From a virus (taxonomy: Duplodnaviria; Caudoviricetes), in IMG/VR virus record IMGVR_UViG_3300044507_000063, positions 1 through 38,040 of that record: a stretch of DNA of 38,040 nt, one strand, 5' to 3'. Under the pieces are notes generated by a model. The model ran no database searches and had not been told where the DNA came from. It was given only the letters and a program-made list of their open reading frames with translations. Positions 1 through 10,307 of the stretch are shown piece by piece; positions within the stretch are counted from its first letter, which is position 1; each line of letters opens with the position of its first letter. The translations under genes were made by a program, and so were the position numbers.

Positions 1-127
1 CACTCAAAATGTTAACGGTTGATGTGCCTGTATTCGATGCTGCATTGCTAATATTAATGCTTTCAGCGGCTGTTGAAATGCCCACAGATATATCACCTGT
101 TTGTAATGCTCCTCCAATTTGGATTGT
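1..127. repeat. 127-bp terminal overlap (circular assembly)
   Basis: 1-127 is identical to 37914-38040, and the reading frame of the fibre gene continues across the junction. Confidence 0.97.
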
Positions 128-1237
128 TCCTATAGTAGTAGACGGGCCGATTTGATATGTTGACGATGTAATACCATCAATCAAAAGATCAGGTGAAGAA
201 CCTGTACCAACTTTGATATTAACCGCTGATGAAGTAGCTGCCGTCGCATTACCAATGTTGACTTGGTGGTTTGTTGCACCTGTACCGATGTTTACTGTAC
301 CACCTGTGGTTGCTGCTGCTGCACCGAATAAGTTAAATGTTAGAGTACCGCCGATAGCATTTCCATCGAGGATGTTAACGGTGTTATCTCCGTTTACTGC
401 ACCAGTGCAAAGGTTGAACACGTTTGCAACTGTGTTTACACCTTCCATAATATTTACGGTTGCACCAGCCGTGGTCACGTTGGCAATCGAAACAGTCGTA
501 GAACCTGAACCGTTAGCGATAAGAACGCTATTTGATGCGCCCGATGATGACCCGATTGTTATCGCACCTGTTTCGGTTGTTCCACCAACTAAGATTGTGC
601 CTATTGTCAAGCTCTTACCAATAACGATTGTCGAATTAGTAGTTCCTTCAACAAGGAAGTCACTTGCACCCGTATGACCAACTTTTAAATCAATTGTAGT
701 TGTTCCCGATGTCGTACCCCATGTATTTACCGTGTTTCCTGTAGTTGCCAGTGTTGTGTTTCCTGTTGAAGTAAGCGTATCAACTGTCAAGCCACCTGTG
801 ATGGAGATACCAGCCAAAAGAGTAAGAAGACCTGTTACAGTCATTGTACCAGGCGTTGTAATCGCGGCAGGTAAGCTGAATATGATTTCATGTAGGCCAG
901 CATTTGATGCAACATTAATTTGACTTGCTGTCCCTATCAATTTGATATTTCCACCAGAAGGAGAAACTACTATTGATCCATCAGACAGAGTATTTAAAAT
1001 CCCTGCACTACCTGCTGTAACTGATGTCCAGTTAGGTAAACCTAAGCTGTTCCCAGATTGTACAAAAAGATTACCAGTACCGCCTTGCGATAAATCAGAG
1101 AGCCATGTGTAACCCGATGCATATTGTGTATCTATTGTATCGCTAGGATCACGCCCTGCGATAATCATCGGCATCACAACACCCCCCTGGGGTGAATCTC
1201 CATAAGAAAAGCTACTAGGAATAAATGGGCTAGTCAT
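1..1237 (-). CDS. N-terminal part of a 929-aa Gly/Thr/Ala-rich tail fibre/adhesin; joins 37913-36361 across the origin
   Basis: ATG at 1237 (MTSPFIPSSF...) preceded by GAGG; open to position 1 and in frame with ORF 36361..37998; missed by the ORF track because it runs off the window edge. Confidence 0.85.
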   Translation of the reverse strand, partial: MTSPFIPSSFSYGDSPQGGVVMPMIIAGRDPSDTIDTQYASGYTWLSDLSQGGTGNLFVQSGNSLGLPNWTSVTAGSAGILNTLSDGSIVVSPSGGNIKLIGTASQINVASNAGLHEIIFSLPAAITTPGTMTVTGLLTLLAGISITGGLTVDTLTSTGNTTLATTGNTVNTWGTTSGTTTIDLKVGHTGASDFLVEGTTNSTIVIGKSLTIGTILVGGTTETGAITIGSSSGASNSVLIANGSGSTTVSIANVTTAGATVNIMEGVNTVANVFNLCTGAVNGDNTVNILDGNAIGGTLTFNLFGAAAATTGGTVNIGTGATNHQVNIGNATAATSSAVNIKVGTGSSPDLLIDGITSSTYQIGPSTTIGTIQIGGALQTGDISVGISTAAESINISNAASNTGTSTVNILS

Positions 1238-1373
1238 GAAAAACCTCTTGTTAAGTTATCCCAACAATAAAAAATAAAAATATATAATAAAACATGAAAA
1301 TAAAAAAATGTTTAACATATTCACAATGGTGATATTCTGTTAACAAGGATTAACAACGATAAGGGATAATTTG

Positions 1374-1580
1374 ATGGAAAAAGAGTTCTACACAATCAAC
1401 GAAACAGCTATAATTTTTGGTGTGCATGCAAATACCATTCGCAGGGCTGTCAAAAAAGGTTTTTTGATCGCTATAAGAATAGGCCTTGGAAAGAAAAGCC
1501 CTTACAGAATCTCTAGAAAAGAGATTGAGGCTATCCATAACTCAATCATTAAAGATTTAGCAACCAAAGCAGGAAAATAG
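1374..1580 (+). CDS. excisionase/MerR-like HTH DNA-binding protein
   Basis: FYTINETAIIFGVHANTIRRAVKKG..A.R.G....YRI is the typical HTH_17 pattern; AAGGGA upstream. Confidence 0.8.
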   Translation: MEKEFYTINETAIIFGVHANTIRRAVKKGFLIAIRIGLGKKSPYRISRKEIEAIHNSIIKDLATKAGK

Positions 1581-1584
1581 AGAT

Positions 1585-1830
1585 ATGAAGGATATGAATC
1601 ATTTAAAAAAAACAATCCAAGACATGATTGGAAATGCTTCTTATGAACAGATTATTTTACTTTTATTAATGGGATTAGGAAATACTTTTAAAACTATTTC
1701 TGAAAAATTTTCCGAACGGGAATTTAATGACCTTATGAAGGATCCTGTTATATCAATAAGTGCGAGTATGGCACAAAAATTAATGCAAGAAGGGGATGAA
1801 GTTTTAAAGAATTATGGGGTGAGAAAGTAA
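1585..1830 (+). CDS. hypothetical protein
   Basis: 81-aa ORF tightly packed in the operon. Confidence 0.65.
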   Translation: MKDMNHLKKTIQDMIGNASYEQIILLLLMGLGNTFKTISEKFSEREFNDLMKDPVISISASMAQKLMQEGDEVLKNYGVRK

Positions 1831-2339
1831 TGAGAAAAGAACTACGAGCTAAATTAATAGATAGAGAAGAAGGTAAATCATACCAAGAATGTGATCCTTG
1901 TGCTGTTCCTATTTATGAAGAAGAATCTAAGAAAACAGATGAACGTACATGGATATCGCTAGGCAATCGAATGTTCCATATCGAAGACGTACAGAGTATG
2001 TACATCCAAGCAAATCATTTAATCATAAATTTTGATTACACAGAAAAACAAGTAGTGATTCATTTTGGTCATGGAGAAGAAGGTAAGAAAAATGCAGAAA
2101 CGGTTTTTGAATGTTTAAGAGAAATGTATGGAGCCTACAAACTTAATCTTCCTGAAGGGGCAAATTTATATCCTAATCTGATGGAAACTGCATATGGTGA
2201 TCAAGTAAGAAGAGAAATACAATCTCGTGTACACTTTGAAACAACGAAATTTAAAGAAAGACATAAAAATAAATTAAGAAAGCTTACAGATGAATTAACT
2301 GAACTAAAGAGAAAAATGTTAAAAGATGAAGGTAAATAA
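1830..2339 (+). CDS. hypothetical protein, C-terminal coiled coil
   Basis: 169 aa; TAATG stop/start coupling at both ends. Confidence 0.7.
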   Translation: MRKELRAKLIDREEGKSYQECDPCAVPIYEEESKKTDERTWISLGNRMFHIEDVQSMYIQANHLIINFDYTEKQVVIHFGHGEEGKKNAETVFECLREMYGAYKLNLPEGANLYPNLMETAYGDQVRREIQSRVHFETTKFKERHKNKLRKLTDELTELKRKMLKDEGK

Positions 2340-2503
2340 TGGGAATAGCTGAAATCATTACAGTTTTTGCAGTAGTTGCCACAAATTTAGGCACAGTTAT
2401 TGCCTTGTATTGTCAAACCGATAGAAAATTGGATGCAATACATGCAGAAATAAAAGATTTTCATGGTCGTCTTTGCGCTATCGAAGAGAGGAACAAGAAA
2501 TGA
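2339..2503 (+). CDS. small membrane/coiled-coil protein, DFHGRL family copy 1 (54 aa)
   Basis: MGIAEIITVFAVVATNLGTVIALYCQTDRKLDAIHAEIKDFHGRLCAIEERNKK; below the ORF-track cutoff; paralogous to its neighbours. Confidence 0.8.
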   Translation: MGIAEIITVFAVVATNLGTVIALYCQTDRKLDAIHAEIKDFHGRLCAIEERNKK

Positions 2504-2647
2504 GATCAGGGAAATAAGAAGATTTGCTCTATATGTAATGTAGAATTTAAAGCATCAAAAAATACAAGAAAATTTTGCTCAAAAAAATATTACTATACCT
2601 CAATAAAGAATGAAAGGAAAATAAAATGGACTGGATACAATTTATAA
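2500..2647 (+). pseudogene. frameshifted zinc-finger remnant
   Basis: ATG at 2500 stops after 5 codons; another frame reads KICSICNVEFKASKNTRKFCSKKY, resembling the CxxC...CS repeats of 28009..28290. Confidence 0.4.
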
Positions 2648-2838
2648 TTTTCATTGGGTCTACAGTTGGTCTATTTTTTTGGAATAGATCAGAATCACGA
2701 TCAGATATGAGGCAGATTTTAGGTATGATTGATGCTATACAAAAAGAAATAAAAGATTTTCACGGAAGACTTGAACGTCAAGATGCCGAATTTAAATCGC
2801 ATTTGATGTTTTATCATCAAGAAAGGAATAAGAAATAA
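2626..2838 (+). CDS. small membrane/coiled-coil protein, DFHGRL family copy 2
   Basis: N-terminal hydrophobic helix, WNRSESR.D.R and KDFHGRL motifs; AAGGA RBS. Confidence 0.85.
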   Translation: MDWIQFIIFIGSTVGLFFWNRSESRSDMRQILGMIDAIQKEIKDFHGRLERQDAEFKSHLMFYHQERNKK

Positions 2839-3047
2839 TGGAAGATACAAATATTTTAACATTAATCTTAGGTAATGCAGCTATCATTTTGCCTCTTTTC
2901 CTATGGAACAGGTCAGAATCTAGAGCAGATATCCGACACATGGATGCAAAATTGGAATCTACCAGGGAACTAGTTAGAGCTATCTATGAAGAAAGTAAGG
3001 ATTTTCATGGTCGATTATTAGCTATTGAAGAAAGGAATAAAAAGTGA
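2838..3047 (+). CDS. small membrane/coiled-coil protein, DFHGRL family copy 3
   Basis: WNRSESRADIR...KDFHGRLLAIEERNKK; translationally coupled. Confidence 0.85.
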   Translation: MEDTNILTLILGNAAIILPLFLWNRSESRADIRHMDAKLESTRELVRAIYEESKDFHGRLLAIEERNKK

Positions 3048-3229
3048 ATAAAGAAAACTTTTTAAAAAATCACGCTGATACATTAGCGATTATAGGTGTG
3101 AATATTGCTATTGCTGCAATTCTTATTACAATGAGTTTATCAAATTCGAGTAGAATAGATGCGGCAAATTCTAGAATGGATACTTTGCATGTGATGTTTT
3201 ACGATCTTCTAAAAGAATGGAAAAAATAA
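3044..3229 (+). CDS. small membrane/coiled-coil protein related to the intron-1 cargo ORF
   Basis: TM helix followed by SRMDTLHVMFYDLLK; GTG start overlaps the upstream stop. Confidence 0.75.
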   Translation: MNKENFLKNHADTLAIIGVNIAIAAILITMSLSNSSRIDAANSRMDTLHVMFYDLLKEWKK

Positions 3230-3300
3230 TCACTTCTTTTTTTTCTTTTTTTTACCGTGCTGCTGAAGAAAATAAAGAAGTTTTATCAATAGATTGTCGC

Positions 3301-4548
3301 TCATTTTTTCTTCTTCTTCTTTTTAGCTTTTATGGCTGGTTCTAGATAATTGTAAACTGTGTCGAACTTTTCTTCATATTCGTTACCTTTTCCACCCCTT
3401 TCAGCCTGTAACCGCTTAATTAAGGCTGACATGGCTGCACCTATGGGTGACTTAGATTTAGCCTTCCAAGCGCCTATAAAGTTACTTCCTGATGTCTTAC
3501 GAGTAGAAAGGACATCGGTGAGCTGTGTAACATCTTCTGGCGAAAGGTTGGAATAGGTATACAAGCCGCCATCATGAGGAAGAAAAGCTAGTTTACCTGT
3601 ATTGGGATCATATCCAGCCCAATTCACCATTCTCGAAACATCTTCTTCAGTTTCATGTTCTACGCCTGAAATAAGATCATCATAAAGATCAGCAAGTTCT
3701 TTTTCAGGTAATGGAGAATCTATTAATTCATCTTCATTAACTTGATGCTTCTTGCCATCTATTTCTACAATAGCTTTTCCATTGCGAATTTCTTTGACTT
3801 CTCCGACACCCTGAGGAGAAGCCACTATTGATGATTTTTCAATCTTTGGCATTTCAGTTTCAGTAATAGCTTCATCTTTTGGCTGCTTCGAATATGCTTC
3901 AATGTTTGCAAGTAGCTCAGGATCGGTCTTAGCTTTACCCATTCCACCTTTTAACTGTAATGCTGCCATTACGCCTTCTGGAGTATTTCCACGCTTTAAA
4001 AGATCGTCAACTGAATTTTTTATTCCTAATTTTTCAAGATATTCCTTAGGATTAGAAATTACTTCAGGTTGCACAGTTTCAATAGGTTGTGTTATATTAG
4101 GCTGAACTTGATTAACTGGAGGTTGTTGTGTATTTTGTTGCGGCGTTCCTTCTACTTGGCCTAAATTACTTCCTATGGTTTGTGCTGTCAAAGATGGCAC
4201 GAGAGACGATAGGGAACTCGGTAGGGCTCTTTGTAGTGCTGATGCTGCTATGGGTGCTGCTAGGGATGTGGCTGCCAACGTGCCTGCTGCTAGAGCTTTT
4301 TTACCCCGTTCTTGTTGGCCTTGTATATCTTGGCCTCTCATTTGTTCAAATTCCGTGGATGGCTCTTCAATATTTCCCTTCCCTGAGGACTGCTTTGATA
4401 AATAAGTTAGAATCTGAGAAGCATTAAATCCTCCTGAAATAGCTTTTTCTATCTTTTTCTTATGGGAAGGAAATTTTTTTAAAATATAATCAAGAACTTG
4501 ATCGGCTGTAAAACCTTCTGATAAAGCTTTAGAAAGTTGTGCGAGCAT
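3301..4548 (-). CDS. putative internal virion/ejection protein
   Basis: 415 aa; last gene of the structural operon; Ala-rich hydrophobic segment and Q/P-rich linker; function inferred from position. Confidence 0.55.
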   Translation of the reverse strand: MLAQLSKALSEGFTADQVLDYILKKFPSHKKKIEKAISGGFNASQILTYLSKQSSGKGNIEEPSTEFEQMRGQDIQGQQERGKKALAAGTLAATSLAAPIAASALQRALPSSLSSLVPSLTAQTIGSNLGQVEGTPQQNTQQPPVNQVQPNITQPIETVQPEVISNPKEYLEKLGIKNSVDDLLKRGNTPEGVMAALQLKGGMGKAKTDPELLANIEAYSKQPKDEAITETEMPKIEKSSIVASPQGVGEVKEIRNGKAIVEIDGKKHQVNEDELIDSPLPEKELADLYDDLISGVEHETEEDVSRMVNWAGYDPNTGKLAFLPHDGGLYTYSNLSPEDVTQLTDVLSTRKTSGSNFIGAWKAKSKSPIGAAMSALIKRLQAERGGKGNEYEEKFDTVYNYLEPAIKAKKKKKKK

Positions 4549-5945
4549 TATCTACCTGTTAAATTTAATCCGCTTAGAAACTTGTCTAAAAAACCTACTG
4601 GAGGAGTATCTAGATAACCTTGCATATCCTTTTGATCCCCTGTTAATTCAAATCCTTCGTTTAAAAGTTCATTCCAAGCATTTTTAAAAGATCTCCAATC
4701 ATAATTAAGATCTTCAAAAGCTCTTCTTGCAAGCAATGGACTAAAGTTAGGATCAACTTCTTTAATTTTCTTTAAAGTATCTTTTATAGAATTTATATCT
4801 GGTTTTGGTGCAGAAATACCTCTTTTTCCAACTCTTTGAGTAGGGTTAAGATCAGGTAATTGTCTTATCAAAGAAACAGATTGGTCAGAAAGAGGATGTA
4901 TAACCATTTCTCTTTCCTCTGGTCCATAATCTTTATCTTGAAGAATAGATCTAGCCTTATTATATAATCCTAAATCAATAAGAGGTTGTAAATGTTTTCT
5001 AGCATCTTCCGCTGATTCATCAAAACTTTTATATGTTCCATTCAGCAATCTTTGCGGTAAATTATAAGTTCTTGGAGCATCTAAATCAGATTTAACGTTT
5101 GCTATCGCATTTTTGTATCTTTCTGCTTCTTTAACTAAAGCGCGATTTATATCAGCTTCACTCTCACCTAATTTAGATAGTTCTTCGCCTTTCTTTTGAA
5201 AAATAGTTTGAATTTCAGAAGTGGCTTTTGGATCAACTTCTTTTAAATATTCAACAGCCTTATCGCCATAAGACTTTTGACCTTTCACACGTTGAGAAAG
5301 TTCTCTATCAACTTCAGCGTTATATAATTTTTTATCTTGTTCTACTCCTTTTAATTCTTCCAGAGCTTCTTTAACCGTAGTAGGAATGCCATTAGCTGTT
5401 CTTTCTTTAGATAATTCTTTAGCTTGAGGGATTAATTGTTGAGGTGTTAAAATTGGTAATTTTTGACCTGTTGTTGCAGGTTGGGGAACCTGACCTGGAC
5501 CACCTTCAGGACCGATATTTGTAGGAAATGATTGTTCTGTTTGTTTTTTTAAAGCATCTACAAATTGAGGTAATTGTTGTTTTTGTGCCATAGGCTCAAC
5601 AGCAGATCTATCTCTTGATTGCATTTCTTGGTTTACTTGTTCACCAGCAACAGGAGCTTTCTGAGAAGCATTAGCTGAAGCTAATTGCTGAAGCATGGGT
5701 ATAATTTGCCCCATATATCTTTCACTACCAGGAATTCCAGCACCTGCTTGCATTGCAGCTAAAGTTACATCTAAAGGTGAAGCACCGCTTTTAGCAAGTT
5801 CTGCAAGTTCACCCAAACTATTTTTAAGTTGTCCTCTATTATAACCTTGCTGAACAGCTCCAGGAAGAGTTTTCTGTAAATTTTGTCCAATAGACGAGCC
5901 GATTACGTCCCAAGGAGATCGCTGAGAGGGCAGGATGGATACCAT
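4548..5945 (-). CDS. putative internal virion/ejection protein
   Basis: 465 aa, helical and Gln-rich, IGSSIGQNL N-terminus; located after the tail genes. Confidence 0.55.
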   Translation of the reverse strand: MVSILPSQRSPWDVIGSSIGQNLQKTLPGAVQQGYNRGQLKNSLGELAELAKSGASPLDVTLAAMQAGAGIPGSERYMGQIIPMLQQLASANASQKAPVAGEQVNQEMQSRDRSAVEPMAQKQQLPQFVDALKKQTEQSFPTNIGPEGGPGQVPQPATTGQKLPILTPQQLIPQAKELSKERTANGIPTTVKEALEELKGVEQDKKLYNAEVDRELSQRVKGQKSYGDKAVEYLKEVDPKATSEIQTIFQKKGEELSKLGESEADINRALVKEAERYKNAIANVKSDLDAPRTYNLPQRLLNGTYKSFDESAEDARKHLQPLIDLGLYNKARSILQDKDYGPEEREMVIHPLSDQSVSLIRQLPDLNPTQRVGKRGISAPKPDINSIKDTLKKIKEVDPNFSPLLARRAFEDLNYDWRSFKNAWNELLNEGFELTGDQKDMQGYLDTPPVGFLDKFLSGLNLTGR

Positions 5946-5947
5946 TG

Positions 5948-6649
5948 TTAACCTCCAAAAAGAAATGGACTTGTTGCTGCATTAGAAGCGGAAGGCAATG
6001 AAACATTTGTTTTCAATCCTCCTCCATTCATACCACCTGCCATACTTTGACCCCACTGTTGGCCATAACCTTGACCCATACCACCAGCAAATGCTCCTAA
6101 AATATCACTAAAAGGGCCACCAGAAGGCGGTTGATAAACGTTTTGTGTGGGTGTCATTGCTTGTTGCAGTAATTGAGCATAATTGCTAAATGGCTGTTGA
6201 GCATATCCTAAAGATTGATTTACACCTTGCTGTTGCATTCCCCCTCTTAAAGCGGCAATAGCTTCTTGTAATTTAGTTCCTTCTCTCAACGCTTGATTTC
6301 TAAATGCAGTACCACCTGTAGAACCTCCAGAACCCATTCCTGCAAATTGATTTGATAATTCAGGTATCGTCTGCTCTTTGAATTGTCTTTGTAATGGTGC
6401 TTCAAATTTTTCAAAAAATGAAGGATCATTAAAAAGACTCTGCAACCAATCTTGACCTTGCATATAGTTTTGATTTTGAGTGATATCTCCAGCACCTTGT
6501 TGACCCATTCCTTTGACTTGCTGTTGAATCTGATCTAGTGTACTAAGAGCTCCTTTACCATAAGTAGATTTCGTTTCACCTTTACTTCCTAATGCTCCAG
6601 AAGCAGCACTTGCAGCACCCATAATAAGCATCATTGTCATTGGATCCAT
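5948..6649 (-). CDS. putative DNA transfer/ejection protein
   Basis: MDPMT..hydrophobic G/A-rich N-terminus and G/Q-rich body, as in podovirus pilot/ejection proteins. Confidence 0.6.
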   Translation of the reverse strand: MDPMTMMLIMGAASAASGALGSKGETKSTYGKGALSTLDQIQQQVKGMGQQGAGDITQNQNYMQGQDWLQSLFNDPSFFEKFEAPLQRQFKEQTIPELSNQFAGMGSGGSTGGTAFRNQALREGTKLQEAIAALRGGMQQQGVNQSLGYAQQPFSNYAQLLQQAMTPTQNVYQPPSGGPFSDILGAFAGGMGQGYGQQWGQSMAGGMNGGGLKTNVSLPSASNAATSPFLFGG

Positions 6650-7189
6650 TCAAACACCATTCCTTATGTATTCTACCACGATAAACCCACTATAGGCGGT
6701 CATATCTGTTGTCGTGGTTATCACGATTCTCTTGTTACTCATTGTAAAACTTATTTTACTGTTTCCTTCAGAAAAAAACGAGAAATAATCACCTGTTCCA
6801 TTTACTGTATTGTCAGGATTTGTGCAAGGTTTGCTCGCTGAACCCCAAACATGGGTCGCAACAAATTGAGGAAGAATATCTATAATAGGAAATTTGGGAA
6901 TGCTCGACAAAGTTAATATTAATGTTCCCACGTTGGGAAAACTCGGTATATAAGCTATTGTCTGAAAACCTGTTCTCACTGTCTGTGGAATCTTATAATA
7001 CCATTTTTCCCCATTAAAACTTTCATTTGATTGAGCATATGTTCCAATCTTTTTGTCATTTACAACGTCCGAAATGATGTTCAGATTATCTGTGAGATAA
7101 GATTTAATTCTGTCATCTTCTTCAGGAAGATTATAAGTAGAAGGAAGAAAAGGAGTAAATAATTCTGAAGGATTCTGTGGAATACTCAT
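6650..7189 (-). CDS. putative tail-associated structural protein
   Basis: 179 aa, coupled to the nozzle gene. Confidence 0.55.
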   Translation of the reverse strand: MSIPQNPSELFTPFLPSTYNLPEEDDRIKSYLTDNLNIISDVVNDKKIGTYAQSNESFNGEKWYYKIPQTVRTGFQTIAYIPSFPNVGTLILTLSSIPKFPIIDILPQFVATHVWGSASKPCTNPDNTVNGTGDYFSFFSEGNSKISFTMSNKRIVITTTTDMTAYSGFIVVEYIRNGV

Positions 7190-9690
7190 ACCAATCTACC
7201 ACCTTTTTTGACTATCATCATCAATGAAATGATTTCTAAATCTGTTTGATTTATCGTAGGAACGGCCATTTGTCGGTCAGAAAGTGTGAATTGAAGTTGT
7301 ACCGTCTGTGCTATGGCATCGCAATAAAGCCTATAAATCGTCTGTTCACCTTTACCGAATTGATATGGATTTGTAGAAGTCAAAACAACATTGCTCTGGA
7401 GATTGTCTGGAAGTGGAGTATTAACCACAGCATTACTACTATCTGCAAATACATTACATGTAAATTGACCATTTGCCGTTTCATTCGTGTAAAAATCAAT
7501 CCTACTTAATCTGCTACGTTTGTTATCTTTAAAGAAATTAAAGATCTTAGTTTGAATATTGAAATTACTAACGACAGTGATTTGACCACCACCACTGTAT
7601 GCACCTGTTGTGGATACTGGGATAATCGTTTGCAAGTCATTGTATCCTACCACGTAAATATTAACTTGAGTATTTGTGTAAGGGATACCGAAGGAGATAG
7701 AAAAGGCTCCTGTATCGTAATCAATTATTCCCAATCCATTAGGACCAGATAAAATTCCTTGATTATCTGTATAAAGATCATTTCCTATGTAAATTTTCAC
7801 AGAATAAGGAATGATCGGCACAAAATCAATCTGGAAGCTATAAGAAAGTTCTGTACTTGTCGGTGAGGCATTTGGTGCAGTTCCTGGAGAAAATTGACTT
7901 ATAGAGAATGTATTAAGAGTTAAAGGTGTTACTTTAAAACTTTTCCCATTTAATGTTGTTCCATCTGCATCGGTCGTTCCTGTAACTCCGCTTAATATTA
8001 TCCATGAACCTAGTCTTAGATTGTGGTTAGCGCTTGTAATCGTTGATCCAAGAATTCCCGTTATTGATAAAGAAGGAGAGTTCTGAGAAGAATCCTGTTC
8101 CAATGCAAAAACATATCCTTGTTGATTGCCTGCGATAACCACTTCTTCAGAGAATGAATCTAGACCAGAATCCCAAGTTAAATCGTAAGTGCTCCAATTA
8201 TCTGTCATATCTGCCCATGTTTGAGCAGCAGCAGCAGGATAAAAATAACCAAAACACGTGAAACTGTCGTCAAAATACGACCAGTTTTTTGTATCATAAT
8301 TATAAACTAAAACCTTATCTGGGAATATACCATTTGGAACTTCTTCGCTAGGATAAGTCCAATAACAAAGTCTCGTTCTGAATGTTCGAATACCATAAAT
8401 TCTTTCAAATCCATTGTTTTCAGCTCGTATATCAAAAACATCACTAGGAATTTTATCATCAAAACGAATGACATCATTTGTGTCAGATATGATTATTCCT
8501 CGATTTCCTACTGTCATTAAACCTTTATCGAATGGAATCGCGCTGAAAGTGCTATCTGAACCATATTCTATATTTGTACGTTCCCATACAAATGGATTTT
8601 GAGCGTTGTTTACAAAACGCAATCTCCATGTAGACCTCTCAAACTCTACAACTAGTATATCTTTTATAAATCCAGCACTAACAATTGCTTCATTTGTAGG
8701 AGCATCAAGAGCTGCTGCACCATTGAATAAATCATCCCTCATGGCCTCAGGATTAAAACCAACTTGAGACGGAGAATTAGGTGTAGGATTTGTATAAAAG
8801 GGGGTTCCCAAACTCGTCCATCTTGCTCTATTAGGAAAATTAAACACACCTTGGTCATTCCCCTCCCATGTGTTTAAAAACACAAGGTAACCACGATAGG
8901 CAAATATCAAGAGTGCGCCTGCTAATGCAAATGCAACATCAATAGGAGGATTATAATTAACCCAACTTTTACCAATTGGTGTTGTCACTCCTGCTATAAC
9001 ATTGCTAACGTTAGCGTAAAACCTAATCCCGTCTTGACCTGTTTTTGAACGGGTCGAAGATAAAACAATTCCTGGACTCACAGCTTCATCTGTAAATGCT
9101 CCTTTTCCGTCGATAGCCTTCACTGTAAATGGATTTCCAGCAACAGTGACTTGAGCCTGTCTTAAATTATTTAAAGATGTTCCACTATTAATGTTGAGGA
9201 AATAAACAATATCATTTACTTGAAAATTGTTACCTGCGGCTGTCACATTTGTTATAAAAGGTGGTCCTGCTGACCCTGCAAACAATGTTACAGCATATCC
9301 ATGAAGTCCTGGAACATAATTTGTTTCCCAAAAAGCTAAGGCATAATTTGTAGTCCAAAAAAACTGATAGTTTGTCCCTGTCCATACAGTCGGCATTACA
9401 CTTGGAAGAGGGATAAATGCACCAGCAGAAAATAAATAGGAATTTGTTAAATCAAATGCTATAAGTTCCTGTAAATTTATCCCAAAAAGCTCTCTAGTAC
9501 GCAATCCCATTACAGGAGTACCATTAGCAAGATTTCCAAGTAGAGTATAACCGAGACGTCGTTTTATTCTTCCTCGCCATTGGTATGCATTATTCAAAAC
9601 CTCAAAAGCATCTTCAGGAATAGCAAATGGCTTTACATCTTTTCTTAAACCATCATTTACCGGCCCTATAAGAAATGAATTTGTCGTCAT
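7186..9690 (-). CDS. putative tail nozzle/stabilisation protein
   Basis: About 834 aa, beta-rich; NAYQWRGRIKRRLGY N-terminal motif and VLVYNYDTKNWSY propeller-like motifs; ATG at 9690 overlaps the upstream stop. Confidence 0.65.
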   Translation of the reverse strand: MTTNSFLIGPVNDGLRKDVKPFAIPEDAFEVLNNAYQWRGRIKRRLGYTLLGNLANGTPVMGLRTRELFGINLQELIAFDLTNSYLFSAGAFIPLPSVMPTVWTGTNYQFFWTTNYALAFWETNYVPGLHGYAVTLFAGSAGPPFITNVTAAGNNFQVNDIVYFLNINSGTSLNNLRQAQVTVAGNPFTVKAIDGKGAFTDEAVSPGIVLSSTRSKTGQDGIRFYANVSNVIAGVTTPIGKSWVNYNPPIDVAFALAGALLIFAYRGYLVFLNTWEGNDQGVFNFPNRARWTSLGTPFYTNPTPNSPSQVGFNPEAMRDDLFNGAAALDAPTNEAIVSAGFIKDILVVEFERSTWRLRFVNNAQNPFVWERTNIEYGSDSTFSAIPFDKGLMTVGNRGIIISDTNDVIRFDDKIPSDVFDIRAENNGFERIYGIRTFRTRLCYWTYPSEEVPNGIFPDKVLVYNYDTKNWSYFDDSFTCFGYFYPAAAAQTWADMTDNWSTYDLTWDSGLDSFSEEVVIAGNQQGYVFALEQDSSQNSPSLSITGILGSTITSANHNLRLGSWIILSGVTGTTDADGTTLNGKSFKVTPLTLNTFSISQFSPGTAPNASPTSTELSYSFQIDFVPIIPYSVKIYIGNDLYTDNQGILSGPNGLGIIDYDTGAFSISFGIPYTNTQVNIYVVGYNDLQTIIPVSTTGAYSGGGQITVVSNFNIQTKIFNFFKDNKRSRLSRIDFYTNETANGQFTCNVFADSSNAVVNTPLPDNLQSNVVLTSTNPYQFGKGEQTIYRLYCDAIAQTVQLQFTLSDRQMAVPTINQTDLEIISLMMIVKKGGRLV

Positions 9691-10307
9691 TGTTTTGCTA
9701 TTGCCAACCAAGTTAATGAATAATTCTGACCAGCCCCAGGAGATTGCATTGTGATGTCGAAAGTTGATGCTAGAACATTACTTACCATAATCGCACAGGG
9801 GATCGGTGTTCCAACTGTTGTCATGCTATTTGTATAAGCTATCGGGCATACAATCGATGTTGGTGTAGGACTTAATGTAATATTAAACACAAGATTTGCT
9901 GCGCTTGGAGCAACTCCAGTTATATTTTCAAAATATAAAACATATCCTCCTGGCAGGAAACTCTGATATTGCGGTCCTGCTGTATTTACAGCGTTATAAG
10001 TAAGTTGCATTGGACTATTGATTACATTCGCAATAAATTCAGGAATCTGCAAAAAAAGTTGTGGAGTTATCCCAAAAGCTGTTGATGTTGTGTTTTTTGA
10101 ATAAATGACGTCATAATCATTCGTTACACCTGGATCTGATATCTGCAATTTCAATTTTATCGCTTCATGCTTACCTTGGTCAGCAATCGTTAAATCTCCG
10201 TGCTCTGTTCCGAAAATAGTATTAAACGAGGAAAAGTTCGTTTGTATTTTTGTCACTTGATTAGCTGGAGAATCGTTATCAACTGGTATATTCGGATTAT
10301 AACTCAT
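9687..10307 (-). CDS. minor tail protein, paralogue 3 of a triplet
   Basis: YNPNIP..D...NF...H...G.H N-terminus, FLPGG motif, WLAIA C-terminus. Confidence 0.65.
   Translation of the reverse strand: MSYNPNIPVDNDSPANQVTKIQTNFSSFNTIFGTEHGDLTIADQGKHEAIKLKLQISDPGVTNDYDVIYSKNTTSTAFGITPQLFLQIPEFIANVINSPMQLTYNAVNTAGPQYQSFLPGGYVLYFENITGVAPSAANLVFNITLSPTPTSIVCPIAYTNSMTTVGTPIPCAIMVSNVLASTFDITMQSPGAGQNYSLTWLAIAKQ

Noticed and set aside
213-923. + strand ORFs 213..677 and 732..923 (also 35332..35910 and 37220..37780)
   Set aside because: Antisense shadows of Gly/Thr/Ala-rich fibre genes
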